DNA from: Candidatus Thalassarchaeaceae archaeon
GTDB taxonomy: Archaea; Thermoplasmatota; Poseidoniia; Poseidoniales; Thalassarchaeaceae
Assembly: GCA_030749075.1 (NCBI GenBank)
Contig: JASMKR010000006.1
Coordinates: forward strand, 3,029-67,028
Direction: 5' to 3'
DNA length: 64,000 nucleotides
Shown here: positions 54,701 to 60,254 of the stretch, piece after piece
Layout of the letters: the number at the start of each line of letters is the position of its first letter
Position numbering within the stretch: the stretch's first letter is position 1
The notes under the pieces: generated by a model
The model's input: only the letters and a program-made list of their open reading frames with translations
What the model was told of the DNA's origin: nothing
Database searches by the model: none
Made by a program: the position numbers and the translations under genes

Positions 54701-57156
54701 AGATGGAGGTACTCGAACCTAGAATCGCGCCTAGCGGAGGTGGGGTTATGGGCTTCAGCGTAGTACCGGACCTCCCCCCGGGGCTGTCGATGAATAATAC
54801 CACGGGAGTGATTTCCGGTACACCGACCGAGCCCTACGACCACCTCGTGCTGGAGTACTCCCATATGTTCACGGCGGTCAATGGCCAATACAGTTTCAGC
54901 TACACTGTAGACTTCGTCGTCCTCGCACCATTAATCGAAAATCCCGACAGCGACAAAGACGGTTGGAGTGATGCTGACGAGCTGGAATGCGACAAGGACC
55001 CCGATAACGCTAGTTCATTCCCCGAGGACATCGACCTCGACCTAATCTGCAGCCATATCGACGAGGACGACGACGGGGACAAAATCGGCGATCTCATCGA
55101 CGCGTTCCCGAAGGATCCCACCGCATGGGATGATACCGACTCCGACGGCATGCCAGACGAACTAACCTGCACATACTCCACTGACTCGGCCAACTGCACC
55201 CCCATTCTAATCGAGGACATAGACGATGACAACGATGGCTGGAAAGACCTCAATGAGACCAACTGTGCCACTGACCCGAAGGACAACCTCTCGATTCCTA
55301 CCGATGATGATGGAGACGGGGTGTGCAACCTACTGGAGGAGTACGTTCCGCCTGTCGTGCGCATCCTGTGGATTTGCTGCGTACCAATCCTGTTACTGCT
55401 ACTCCTCCTGTTGTGGTTGCTCAACCCGTTCGAAGTCGAGGAGGATGAGATCAGGGGGCCAGAACCCGAACACTCGTCCACCGAGCGCGGCTGGACCGGG
55501 GGGAGCGGTGACTACGGCGACCCCTTCGTTCTGAGGGAGGTCACAGGGGTCAAACCTGGCTCCTTCGCTGCGAGTCACGAGATTATCAAGATCACCGATA
55601 TCACACCGCGTCTGATGTGCGACTTCATCGACATGTCTGCGGAGGAGAACGGCAGTCGGTTCAGCATGAGGGGCATCAAATCGAGCTCAAGGGGAGAGGT
55701 TGAGTTCAGATTGCAGTTCAGAGATGACGATTTAACATCAGAGACCACCCCCTACCAAGGCCTGATCCGATTCGGCAAGGCCACTGTTTACTTCCTGTGG
55801 TCCGTGGAAGTAGAGGTCACAAAAGACACCCCCGAGGAAGTAGTTGCCAAGAAGAAGGCAGCTAGGATCGAGCGCGAGGCCGAGCGGAAGGCCGCCGAGG
55901 CCGAGCGGAAGGCCGCCGAGGCCGAGCGGAAGGCCGCCGAGGCCGAGCGGAAGGCGTCCAAGATCGAGCGCGAGGCGGCGGAGAAGGCCAACGAGGCGGA
56001 GGAGAGGGCCACTGAGATCGAGCGCGAGGCGGCGGAGAAGGCCACTGAGATCGAGCGCGAGGCGGCGGAGAAGGCCTCTAGGGCAGAGGCTGCAGAGGAT
56101 CTCGAGGAGCAGCGAGCTGCCGAGGAGGCGGCAAAGGAGGAGGTTGAGGAGAGGGCAAAAGAGTCTGCGCGGAAGGCCGCTGAAATGGAGCGCGAAGCAG
56201 CCGAAATGGAGCGCGAAGCAGCCGAGGCAAGGGCCATGCTCCGCAAGAAGGCCGAGAGGCGCAAGGCCGCCGAGGTCGAGGAGAGGGCAAAGGAGGCCGC
56301 GCGGAAGGCCGCCGAGGAGGAAGCCAGGGAGGAGGCTGAGCGAGAGGTCGAGCGGAAGGCCGCCGAGATTGAGCGTTTGAAGGTGGAGAAGGCGGCTAGG
56401 ATCGAGCGCGAGGCAGCGGAGAAGGCGGCTAGGATCGAGCGCGAGGCAGCGGAGATGGCCGCGGAAGCCAAGAAGCTCCTGCGCAAGAAGGCCGAGGAGC
56501 GCAAGCGGAGGCTCGAGGAGGAAGAGAAGGCCAGTCAGGAAGCGAGGGAAAAGGCTGCATCAAGAGAGGAAGCAATGGAGGAAGAGATTGCCGAACGGCG
56601 CTCCAAGTTGGAAGAACTCGGGGAAGAGGAGAGGAGGAAAGAGAAGGCCATGCTTCGAATTGCTGAGAGGATGAAGAAGATCGATTTCGGAAAAATAGGA
56701 TTCGCCACTCATGCCGACAAGGACGACTTGGAGGAAATCGAGGGGATTGGGTCTTTCATAGAGGAGAAGCTCAATTCATTGGGTATCTACAAATTTTCCC
56801 AAATCTCCAGGATGGACTCGGATTTGGTGGACAAGGTCAACGAGGCGATTGAGTTCTTTCCAGGTCGAATAGAGCGTGACAGGTGGGTCGATCAGGCCAA
56901 GGTTCTAGCGGCGAACCAACAAGAGCTAGCGGATGGGGGAGAATCCACCGTGGCGAGTTTGGAGACTGAGCACGAGACTGCCGAGGCAAGGGCCATGCTC
57001 CGCAAGAAGGCCGATAGGCGCAAGTCCATGGAGATGGCTGAGAGGGCTCTCGAAGAGGCGCAGCGACGCGAGGAGGCCGAGGAACTCCTCCGCAAGAAGG
57101 CCGATGAGCGGAAGAGTCTCGAGGAGGAGGGCGGGGATATCCTCGACAACCTTTGA
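39760..57156 (+). CDS. Giant 5798-aa surface protein: 3 RCC1-like propellers, further beta-propellers, 10 He_PIG/Ig repeats, TSP3 linkers, TM helix, cytoplasmic coiled coil and HhH-like domain
   Basis: Signal peptide; 21 GxxHxC...CWG repeats; SIAIDSxxxPHISY blades; LPxGLSxxxxTGxISGTP x10; TM at 55363-55422; KDDLEEIEGIG..IEEKLNSLGI at 56719. Confidence 0.9.
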   Translation: MLARARSPLRALALVLLLLASSQLVLLTSRDHVPQELRALPQRYDADNSGVASIALGETHACVIDTENQMKCWGDGTSGKTGHENDEDYGDEEEEMGRYLSFTDLGLGLTFSDVALGIDFTCALLSDASVKCWGENEQLGSSAGASGTGAKGDGYLEMGDNVEAVALGYWNATAIAAGENHACAIVNDGTSDSLVCWGQNGYGQLGLNSTDTIGDTDADLFGGALPHVDLPERGEGLAQIALGNSHTCVLWDDGNMSCWGHNDHGQLGIGSTDDIGDDAGEMGDDLDLVNLPTGRTATAIAGGEDMTCAILDDSSLACWGSGGGGRLGNEGTSDEGDDPGEMGDDLNIVALGDGLSVVAVDIGDGTSCAIMEDPSDTTNDTIKCWGLGNFGQLGTGNGNTLGDGQYEMGDYLPSLSLGSNIHPTAIEVGDSFACALTNTSMVKCWGSGEDGRTGLEKTGATGDESGEMGDDLAFVQLFMPEPTLDQPCDSEAEGAPLDASSLDSVSSHVGNKTSTTLTSESCAGIIYVDDANQAPKFGVYKAGKWALENIDDLAVDVHDVSLTFDSDENPHIAVMLDAEPHYYTKVGGDWVDAGLGASWAGTAVDIEIDGEDNLYLFALDETDVAIARCSAESNCLDPTNWSEVGTIAVTSGGYGLDSDIGFDGTMWIAYVDSSAGNHEVELSACSGSCGTFGNWQQVTISSLGDVSTANASLAVDIGLDGSVHVVHDNLTSGLHYSSCSLDCTNADSWVTEEMLASYDTGVVDIAVGPDLSVVIMASTAGGIHTLHNIEGEWAYTEQAELGGADWVGVELTELGQMWGFVYYPGTANSLRMLRQKGMTTSGLLSDIDGDGWTRQDEDRCGMDYRDPTSTPVDADGDGFCDQFDDWDDDQALSGESDALSLGEKFGCAVLSNYSVACWGDNSEGQLGNSVAGSSSSYAVLVDLPSGFEAGAIDTGSAHACATGLDGTLTCWGRNAAGQLGRGTTSAYEAPGHVTLPSGVRVSQFGVGANHNCMTGTDSNLYCWGESDDERLGKILNPSLTAVDYEGFSTDGRGWTSSDSSYLKGPAQGYSHIERTYYSSWKSNNIYSGEKFNLSSGDSISFNMKGAYFGDNGYTSEWLKVYANGDLIQQVYSNATYSSSWSDWQTVSMTVPDSFTDSTQVSLKFEIRGYRVYLMIDDINVTNLGYGSVSDKTAPAQVKWSEGGGVTQLALGARHSCALLTGRNVHCWGNNGGAYGNVLGNSSFLGMNAYEPQPVNLSGSSSLVSANWTSSTVRGINAGDNVTCALMQSTEALCWGSSSQTTYVDPTVSTIASTGDVGRHPALTEDSAGNWIIAYYDATNTDLSYARYDGSSWTNESVFSVADDVGNNPSVTLDSDGSVHMASYDSTNGAISHTRELTNAISTLAYADDNPFYTSIAVDDNDHSHVAYYDHNSKDLMYTYFNGTEWSEPEVIDSSTTYVGYSLNDLEIDSSGNLHISFTGWSTPGTDDSWVKYAYHDGASWSIETLQSFMDFNNPVLHTSLDLDSSDLPHISYYDHVNDTLRYTHYNGTSWVDETVTTDDSNDNGRYNSIALDSNDYPRISYRNESSDDLQLAVWNGAEWAIETVDSTNNVGSWTSIAIDSNDRPRIAYEYDSGADLRYATHDGSSWSIQNIESIDSVNGYIGLTLDILDRPRIAYWDDTNDDAMLAYNNSYGWVKVDTQALGNVGQYVSIDLDSNGTAYMAYRDFGNSDLRHAVVYTGATWGTETLASTGDLSASSPGSSVHLDGSTLNMAYVNATSGTLEHLVQHAESVVATLVDGASHSVGSSGISMALDSEGNQHIAYYNSSDSSLMYAMHDGVSWQIEEVDDSGTTGRYMSIAIDSNDLPHISYVHDTSLDEVRYAHYNGTEWSIETVDTPYYAGDTSIALDSSGNAHISYAVYNSSGSSYNLRYSYHNGAEWVYEDIKDYRDSWYSWSATGYSSQIKLNSTDDPHIVFFDDYYDDVYISIRTGGTWSSTSVDDYGGYYTTNGERGASLAIDSSDGLHVAFYDMSGRDLHYAYRANGDDTWTETENIDTSSSYMATSLSIAVDSSDRPHIAYHDRSSWDLEYARFDGSSWMKSTLDQTNNVGRYPSIAIDQYDQVNIAYENYSAYDVKSIVIRNGAARSSTIGQVGSHHYHLGSAVDASGNMHLSYYNGSDTAGSLQYAAQNGATWSVTTVDDVSTIVGAYSALALDDSGNPHVSYLDSTSGYLRYAYHNGTSWTLSTVDSSGTVGGYTSIALDADNRARIAYHDSTAASLRLAVWDGSSWTLTTQDAGSAGQGTQIAVDGDGMTHIAYFDEDEDDLEFSLAGHDSPAVMGNSTLHRTGTPMDDGTTGIASLDVGQAHGCAVVGTTMRCWGTASSGQLGNGVTSVTSTDPVSVSAVAGWTPLEVSVSPISGANGGFSCALYSSVSTGDRRVMCWGYGANGEMGNGDSSSQTAPGLTEYVSLDASTALGAADGSQSLASSPYDIAQISLDVFGKFGCARSNQGHVKCWGDNAYGQLGQGNTTTASDGANEMGEYLAFTPLGANRTATDIATGRYHACALLDNSSVKCWGYNSAGRTGQGTGTGNIGDAVSEMWGDNLATIDFGAERTATEISAGSDHTCAVLDDGSVKCWGSNGNGRLGIGNSTNVGDGANEMGDDLSTVDLGTGRTAIAISAGYAHTCAILDSGVLKCWGSNGNGQLGQGHTYAVGDGYEDGSDGDSVQCHPVTNDEEDRECVALMGDGLAAIDLGEGRTAVAVSAGYAHTCAILDNGSVRCWGSNGDGRTGLNTTSGNAGDASEEMGDELATVDLGSGRSAVAISAGYSHTCALLDNLSLACWGDNGMGQLGIGSSNDADTSAEMGSGLQTANLPTTTSRSVVASTSHTCAIIEDGTIRCWGEDDNGRLGVYRDDDGNIGDSDDELGGNLPITDLHMVPPDYDGDGWIDIWDTDDDDDGYTDLNDDLPFDVRDWIDDDEDGLGVNVDTDDDDAEVSTADEDDETKWSDAEEAACGTLWWSSLSEPSDYDGDGICDVMDEDVDDNGWNNTYQIECYGGEPSTWSHRGVWDSSGNWPTYAYDSPSYGYDFHLSDHGIRLFSTYSNDNAYYGLLKHDGTTYGPTSISSSNYYDNFAVTEQNGIAYLTSEQYITRGLDTVTYLTPTATMTASTSSWGASTAVSTEGDMVVRYDQSGPDIEGGYLNGTTFSFAAPGGLSGSGGGQLGFGPSGKLHLLQVNLTATTVGFYHWTTEVGGDLSGETSVTWSAPQLVLERNQSTNAWSSGEYSAAYDHMADLHVAADGTVYAGMYNQTSLWFATYDGATWSTEELAAGTGYNEGVEIQTNSTGVPYVAWIDHTSDTLNLSRKEGGSWTTEEVWQSSGWDTSSSYHQYGKLTLQFDRQDDPYLMSIDANDSASAILHHKGVLLDPSFTFEPTDSNSDGICDTLQYAVIDYGTTSFVLTRGEAVTQTPSFSGLPVIEVWTAALPDGLSLDSSTGVISGTPESVDTGGTIYTVYSNSSAASYNVTITIYVRSPAPIHAGYGRVDDHQYLAVLNGQGYTKHAYDNNNNLYFYGKYSSSSGWLADGISDPGLDDSNDAYLAKRWSNGTWAWVVPLDASSSVSIGELVVDDAGNAYVNGHRTAGMVDLPGSVHDLPSREAAFVVSVDTNGSVRWAVDAYISSGSTNANWYVWSGSSINSYGFTRMHVNSSTGILTFAGQVSSSSSGDRTLTFGSLTLEIPSSNYNYYRPFVARINSTGDFTWVTTVTPDSSHHRTLQGMAVHDNGSVDVLMRTYGSTTLGGHSVSSSTYHYVLGSLNSSGIWTGAATIVAEDPSSFDGSYDSAMMEGTSGGALVIAMWMTDDVSRLNVTGTAHWFNTTCSGDSLVVLRLDGVDGGVEASREYCLTNYGGYYAEYYNQLMVDSQDRIWLFLGHHWQYIGNHHRMLRLDSGLNPDFEEYLEYSGNPANSYHLQWEDIAFDSNDNVLASIYTSQWYLFWDDTQVDRTSSNWNYQNLFFMDTAGHAIDGASFISEEAVVHGVAGLSAMGATCSLGSSYCLENLDSWAISPDLPDGLTLDAATGVISGTATGNMTLTNFTMWMNDTALGDQQFNVSFTILDGRPTVSYAQTVYVLERGTQISPIVPTEIDGVIVNWTFVPELPPGLSLGASNGTIYGTPSANLTGSTFQLRVSSNGATRAIDFNFTINEELATIAYGNGSYILPRDGLADIRPTLGGGVVASFAINSTDLPMGLSFNTSTGRIHGTPLLITDNTTYTVWANNTGGSASTTVSLWVVGTGLTLSFPTSDLILVNGTEMQAFAGQTSGSTPNSWEISPSLPEGLSFGSSNGTIWGTPTEVIAATNYTVWANASGGQTSYATVSITVLEDTDGDGVPDTTDPDDDNDDWVDTDESACGTDSLDDSSTPTDSDNDGTCDALDDFDDLAIALAYEVSTLNLTVNLSVVSLTPITSGGDIISWEVVPSMPPGLSLNNTTGAISGTPTTTFATTAFTIWANNTGYTSSFWLNISSSLLDTDGDGEPDETDEDDDGDGWTDVDEGTCATDPLNETDYPADSDGDGVCDLNDGIDDSEIFLAYAESSLALTVNITNASLSPIQNGGDVRTWEVSPAMPSGLSFDNSTGSITGIATAEFVPTNFTVWANNSQHSASFAIEMWAELLDTDGDGEPDETDEDDDGDGWTDVDEEACLTGGLDQLDYPTDSDGDGVCDNVDDVDDSPVFLVYSSTSQLLFVNEPITPIVANTFGGDVRTWEIWPFLPPGLALNGETARSTTSDGTISGSPMVVFDMQVFTVWANNSQHSSAVEITLQSVVPDPDDSDFEMIYLVEFLNLTTDLDETYLEPEIFGGNVSSWSISPQLPEGLYFNTTNGLITGVATVELNATTFTVSASNSLFLHTHDITISARLLDTDGDGIPDVTDEDDDGDGWSDEAEGDCETDPLDIVSKPDDYDGDGICNLADEFDDSPIVFFYASDRLELTVGLEMEVLEPRIAPSGGGVMGFSVVPDLPPGLSMNNTTGVISGTPTEPYDHLVLEYSHMFTAVNGQYSFSYTVDFVVLAPLIENPDSDKDGWSDADELECDKDPDNASSFPEDIDLDLICSHIDEDDDGDKIGDLIDAFPKDPTAWDDTDSDGMPDELTCTYSTDSANCTPILIEDIDDDNDGWKDLNETNCATDPKDNLSIPTDDDGDGVCNLLEEYVPPVVRILWICCVPILLLLLLLLWLLNPFEVEEDEIRGPEPEHSSTERGWTGGSGDYGDPFVLREVTGVKPGSFAASHEIIKITDITPRLMCDFIDMSAEENGSRFSMRGIKSSSRGEVEFRLQFRDDDLTSETTPYQGLIRFGKATVYFLWSVEVEVTKDTPEEVVAKKKAARIEREAERKAAEAERKAAEAERKAAEAERKASKIEREAAEKANEAEERATEIEREAAEKATEIEREAAEKASRAEAAEDLEEQRAAEEAAKEEVEERAKESARKAAEMEREAAEMEREAAEARAMLRKKAERRKAAEVEERAKEAARKAAEEEAREEAEREVERKAAEIERLKVEKAARIEREAAEKAARIEREAAEMAAEAKKLLRKKAEERKRRLEEEEKASQEAREKAASREEAMEEEIAERRSKLEELGEEERRKEKAMLRIAERMKKIDFGKIGFATHADKDDLEEIEGIGSFIEEKLNSLGIYKFSQISRMDSDLVDKVNEAIEFFPGRIERDRWVDQAKVLAANQQELADGGESTVASLETEHETAEARAMLRKKADRRKSMEMAERALEEAQRREEAEELLRKKADERKSLEEEGGDILDNL
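53302..53818. repeat. Identical 82-bp direct repeats 435 bp apart (53302-53383 and 53737-53818)
   Basis: CTGCTCGACACCGACGGCGACGGGGAGCCCGACGAGACC...GACGTCGACGAGG occurs twice, bracketing one TSP3+Ig module. Confidence 0.85.
55865..56075. repeat. Coding tandem repeats in the coiled coil (21-bp AERKAAE x about 3.5; 33-bp IEREAAEKAxE units)
   Basis: GCCGAGCGGAAGGCCGCCGAG in tandem from 55879; GATCGAGCGCGAGGCGGCGGAGAAGGCC three times. Confidence 0.8.
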
Positions 57157-57223
57157 AGGAGGACTAGGCTGATTGATACAAAACCATTTGAAAGGAGCAT
57201 TTGTCGCGAGACGGGGGAAATGA

Positions 57224-58561
57224 ATGGCTGACACTATGACTGAGGCAATAGCCCCCCTCGTGGAGCTATTCGAGGAGATCGAGGAGATAGGGGTCGTCGC
57301 CCAAGTGGGCGTGTCTCTGGGGCTGACTCTCTTCGGCCTGCTGTTCACTCGGTATGTGCTCATCAAGATTGCGTGGAGGATTGTCAGGCGAACGGACGCA
57401 GAATGGGACAACGAGGTCCTCGACCCCATCGCCAATCGGCTGTACGTGTTCGTCCTAGTGGCCGGTGTCGAAGTGACGATGATGTGGACGCTTGGGAGGA
57501 AAGACGAAGTCTACGCTGCAGTCGCCCCTTACTTTTCAGCGGCGTACATCGTAATCTCGGCTTCAATCATCAGCATTGCAATCAAACACATTGTTCCCCC
57601 AGCCATGGAACGCTACAACACGAACAAGACAGTCACAGTAACTGGCGGAAACCCGCTCGTCGTATTCTCCTCACGAGGGCTAGTCTGGTTCCTCGGCCTC
57701 TACCTCGCCTTCAACGAGATCGGCATCGAGCTCTTGGGACTGCTCGCCTCACTCGCTGTCTTCTCCCTAATCATCGGCCTGGCAGTCCAGCAGACACTCG
57801 GGAACATGATCAACTCGTTCATGCTTGCGATCGACCAGCCGTTCGAGGTCGGGGACCGTATAGAGGTCGCTGGCGTAATCGGCACCGTGATGTCGGTGGG
57901 AATCCTCTCGACGAAGATCCTTACCCTCAACGAGCAACTCGTCGTCATACCCAATAACCGACTCGTCGACTCCACCATTACCAACTTCGCAAGGGGGGGC
58001 GGGGATGGAATAGCAACTAGGGTGTTGCTCCACCTTGACGTTGGTGTCGACTACGAAGAGAATTCCGCCCATGTCAAGCAGGTCATGATTGAGGTCGCCA
58101 AGAAGTGCCCCCAAGTCGAGGAAGACCCTCCCCCGAGGGCTCTGCTCAGAGAGCTGGGTGAATTCTCCAAGAACTACAGGCTCTATGCTTGGATAGTCGA
58201 TTACGGCGAGGAGTTCCTCGCAACCGACTGGCTGCTGAGAGAGATTGACAGAAGTTTCCAGCGAGAGGGGATCAGTATCCCCTACCCAGTTCAAGTCGAA
58301 TTGCCCGCCAAGCCCTCCCCATTCCCTGAGGGCGAGCGTGGAGAACAAATGCGCCGCCGCAAGTCCACCCGTCAGCACGTAGCGAGGATCAAGATGCTTC
58401 GCGACGAGGCGGAGATGGAGGAGGAGAGGGATACAGCTAGGGTGGAGCTCGAGTTGCTCCAAGAAAGGCTCGCCGCAGGAGAAATGAGACGATCTGAGCG
58501 TGAGATCGTGGAGAACGACATCCGTGCCCTCGAGAACCTCCTGGGGCAATTCTCAGAGTAA
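57224..58561 (+). CDS. mscS: Small-conductance mechanosensitive channel
   Basis: IGLAVQQTLGNM, PFEVGDRIEV, GILSTKI, VVIPNNRL, VGVDY, GISIPYP; charged helical C-terminal extension. Confidence 0.92.
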   Translation: MADTMTEAIAPLVELFEEIEEIGVVAQVGVSLGLTLFGLLFTRYVLIKIAWRIVRRTDAEWDNEVLDPIANRLYVFVLVAGVEVTMMWTLGRKDEVYAAVAPYFSAAYIVISASIISIAIKHIVPPAMERYNTNKTVTVTGGNPLVVFSSRGLVWFLGLYLAFNEIGIELLGLLASLAVFSLIIGLAVQQTLGNMINSFMLAIDQPFEVGDRIEVAGVIGTVMSVGILSTKILTLNEQLVVIPNNRLVDSTITNFARGGGDGIATRVLLHLDVGVDYEENSAHVKQVMIEVAKKCPQVEEDPPPRALLRELGEFSKNYRLYAWIVDYGEEFLATDWLLREIDRSFQREGISIPYPVQVELPAKPSPFPEGERGEQMRRRKSTRQHVARIKMLRDEAEMEEERDTARVELELLQERLAAGEMRRSEREIVENDIRALENLLGQFSE

Positions 58562-58607
58562 TGGGGCCTGCGAAACCTCTTCAAGCCTAGTCTACGAAAC
58601 GAAATCG

Positions 58608-59939
58608 ATGAAGGCTGAGGATTCGGAGACATCCGCACAAAAGGCGGGCCTGAAACTAAGTGATAGGAACGAGCCTGGAATCTCTAGGAAGAAAGTAGAG
58701 TCCCCCCCAGATGAAGAGGGAGGAAAACCGAAAATTTCGTGGAAATACGTCATGCCTGACGGCAAGGCCATAACTGGAGAAAAGCGGGTTGATTTCCTGA
58801 ATTCTCTTGCAGTTCCCCCCGCATGGACAGATGTGTGGTTCTGCACAGACCAGAATGGGCACATCCAAGCCACTGGTAAGGACTCCAATGGAAGGCTCCA
58901 ATACCGATACCATCCGAAGTGGAACGAATACAAGGCGATTCTGAAGTACCAAAACGTAGATGAGTTCGCAACAGAGTTGAATGGCCTGAGACTGGAAATT
59001 CTTGCAGACCTAGACACTAAGGGAATGAATAAGGACAAGGCCGTAGCTTTGGTAATCTGGCTCATTGACAGGTACCACATCAGGGTAGGCTCGGACCAGT
59101 ATGCCCAGGAGAACGAGTCATATGGCCTTACTACCCTCAAAGAAAGTCACATCACCTACAGAAGAGGGGATAAGGCCATAGTTGAAAATGACAGTAGAAT
59201 CTGGAAGAGGAATAAGGACCCCCTGCCAAAGATCAATGCTATAATGAAATTTTCAGGTAAATCGGGCAAAGATTGGAAATTGTATATCCGCCATCCCGAG
59301 ATAGCCAAATTGATTGAAGAATCGGGCAAGGTTGGGGGCAGGGACAAGGAACAGGACGTTTTCAGGTATTTGGATAAGAACAGCAACGACTACGACATCA
59401 AAGCCGAGCACATCAACGAATACCTAGACAGGCACATGGATAACAGATACACTGCCAAGGACTTCCGAACTTGGGCGGCATCGTGGAAGACAGCAGCAAG
59501 GCTGGCAATGGTGTCCGAAGCAAGCGATGAAGAAATCGGCGATCTCCCAGACCTACACCAAGATGCTGTCGAGAGATCAGAGAAGGACGGTTTTCCCGCT
59601 TTCGTAGAATGGCGCGGAAGGTATCTGAAGGGGACAGAGGGGTTGGCAAAACTAGCTGAGACAGGAAAACTCCCCGGAGAGAGCGAGAAGGACAGGAGTG
59701 CTACGATGCTGGCGGTCATTGATACGGTGGCAGCAGACCTCGGTAACACAAGAGCAGTGTGCAGGTCGTCCTACATCCGACCCATGTTCATGGATGACTG
59801 GGAATCAGGGGCATTCCTAGAAAGATGGAACAAGGCAAAGGAGGGGGCAGTAAGGGGTAATCAGTTGGACTCAGACGAAACCGCTGCGATCAACTACATG
59901 AAGGCCCACGAGGATGGCGAGTTTGACTTCTCCAAATAG
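58608..59939 (+). CDS. DNA topoisomerase IB, short bacterial/poxvirus type
   Basis: VPPAWTDVW, GHIQATGKDSNGRLQYRYHPKW, IRVGSDQYAQENESYGLTTL, FSGKSGK, TAKDFRTW, LGNTRAVCRSSY (catalytic Tyr). Start trimmed to ATG 58608. Confidence 0.92.
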   Translation: MKAEDSETSAQKAGLKLSDRNEPGISRKKVESPPDEEGGKPKISWKYVMPDGKAITGEKRVDFLNSLAVPPAWTDVWFCTDQNGHIQATGKDSNGRLQYRYHPKWNEYKAILKYQNVDEFATELNGLRLEILADLDTKGMNKDKAVALVIWLIDRYHIRVGSDQYAQENESYGLTTLKESHITYRRGDKAIVENDSRIWKRNKDPLPKINAIMKFSGKSGKDWKLYIRHPEIAKLIEESGKVGGRDKEQDVFRYLDKNSNDYDIKAEHINEYLDRHMDNRYTAKDFRTWAASWKTAARLAMVSEASDEEIGDLPDLHQDAVERSEKDGFPAFVEWRGRYLKGTEGLAKLAETGKLPGESEKDRSATMLAVIDTVAADLGNTRAVCRSSYIRPMFMDDWESGAFLERWNKAKEGAVRGNQLDSDETAAINYMKAHEDGEFDFSK

Positions 59940-59983
59940 AAGTCCTACGGCACAGTTGAAGCGAAGTACTGTCTGCAAAGCCC

Positions 59984-60229
59984 ATGAGTAGCGCTGCAAA
60001 CCGACGCCTCGACCTCGTGGGTTTCCTATGCCCTATTCCCATCCACGAGACCCGCCGGGCTCTAGAGGTGAGTGAGGAGGGAGATGTCCTGGAGGTGGTG
60101 TGCGACGACCCAGAGACCCTGCACGATATCCCAGCCCTGTGCGACAGGATGGGGATTACATTGGAGAGGGTCGCGGAGAGATCGGGCGAGTACACCTTCG
60201 TAATCAGCAAAAAGGCTGTGGGCCTGTAG
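59984..60229 (+). CDS. tusA: TusA/SirA-family sulfur carrier
   Basis: LDLVGFLCPIP, GDVLEVVCDDP, DIPALC. Confidence 0.88.
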   Translation: MSSAANRRLDLVGFLCPIPIHETRRALEVSEEGDVLEVVCDDPETLHDIPALCDRMGITLERVAERSGEYTFVISKKAVGL

Positions 60230-60254
60230 CATTCAAAGAGGTCTTGCCTGTGGG

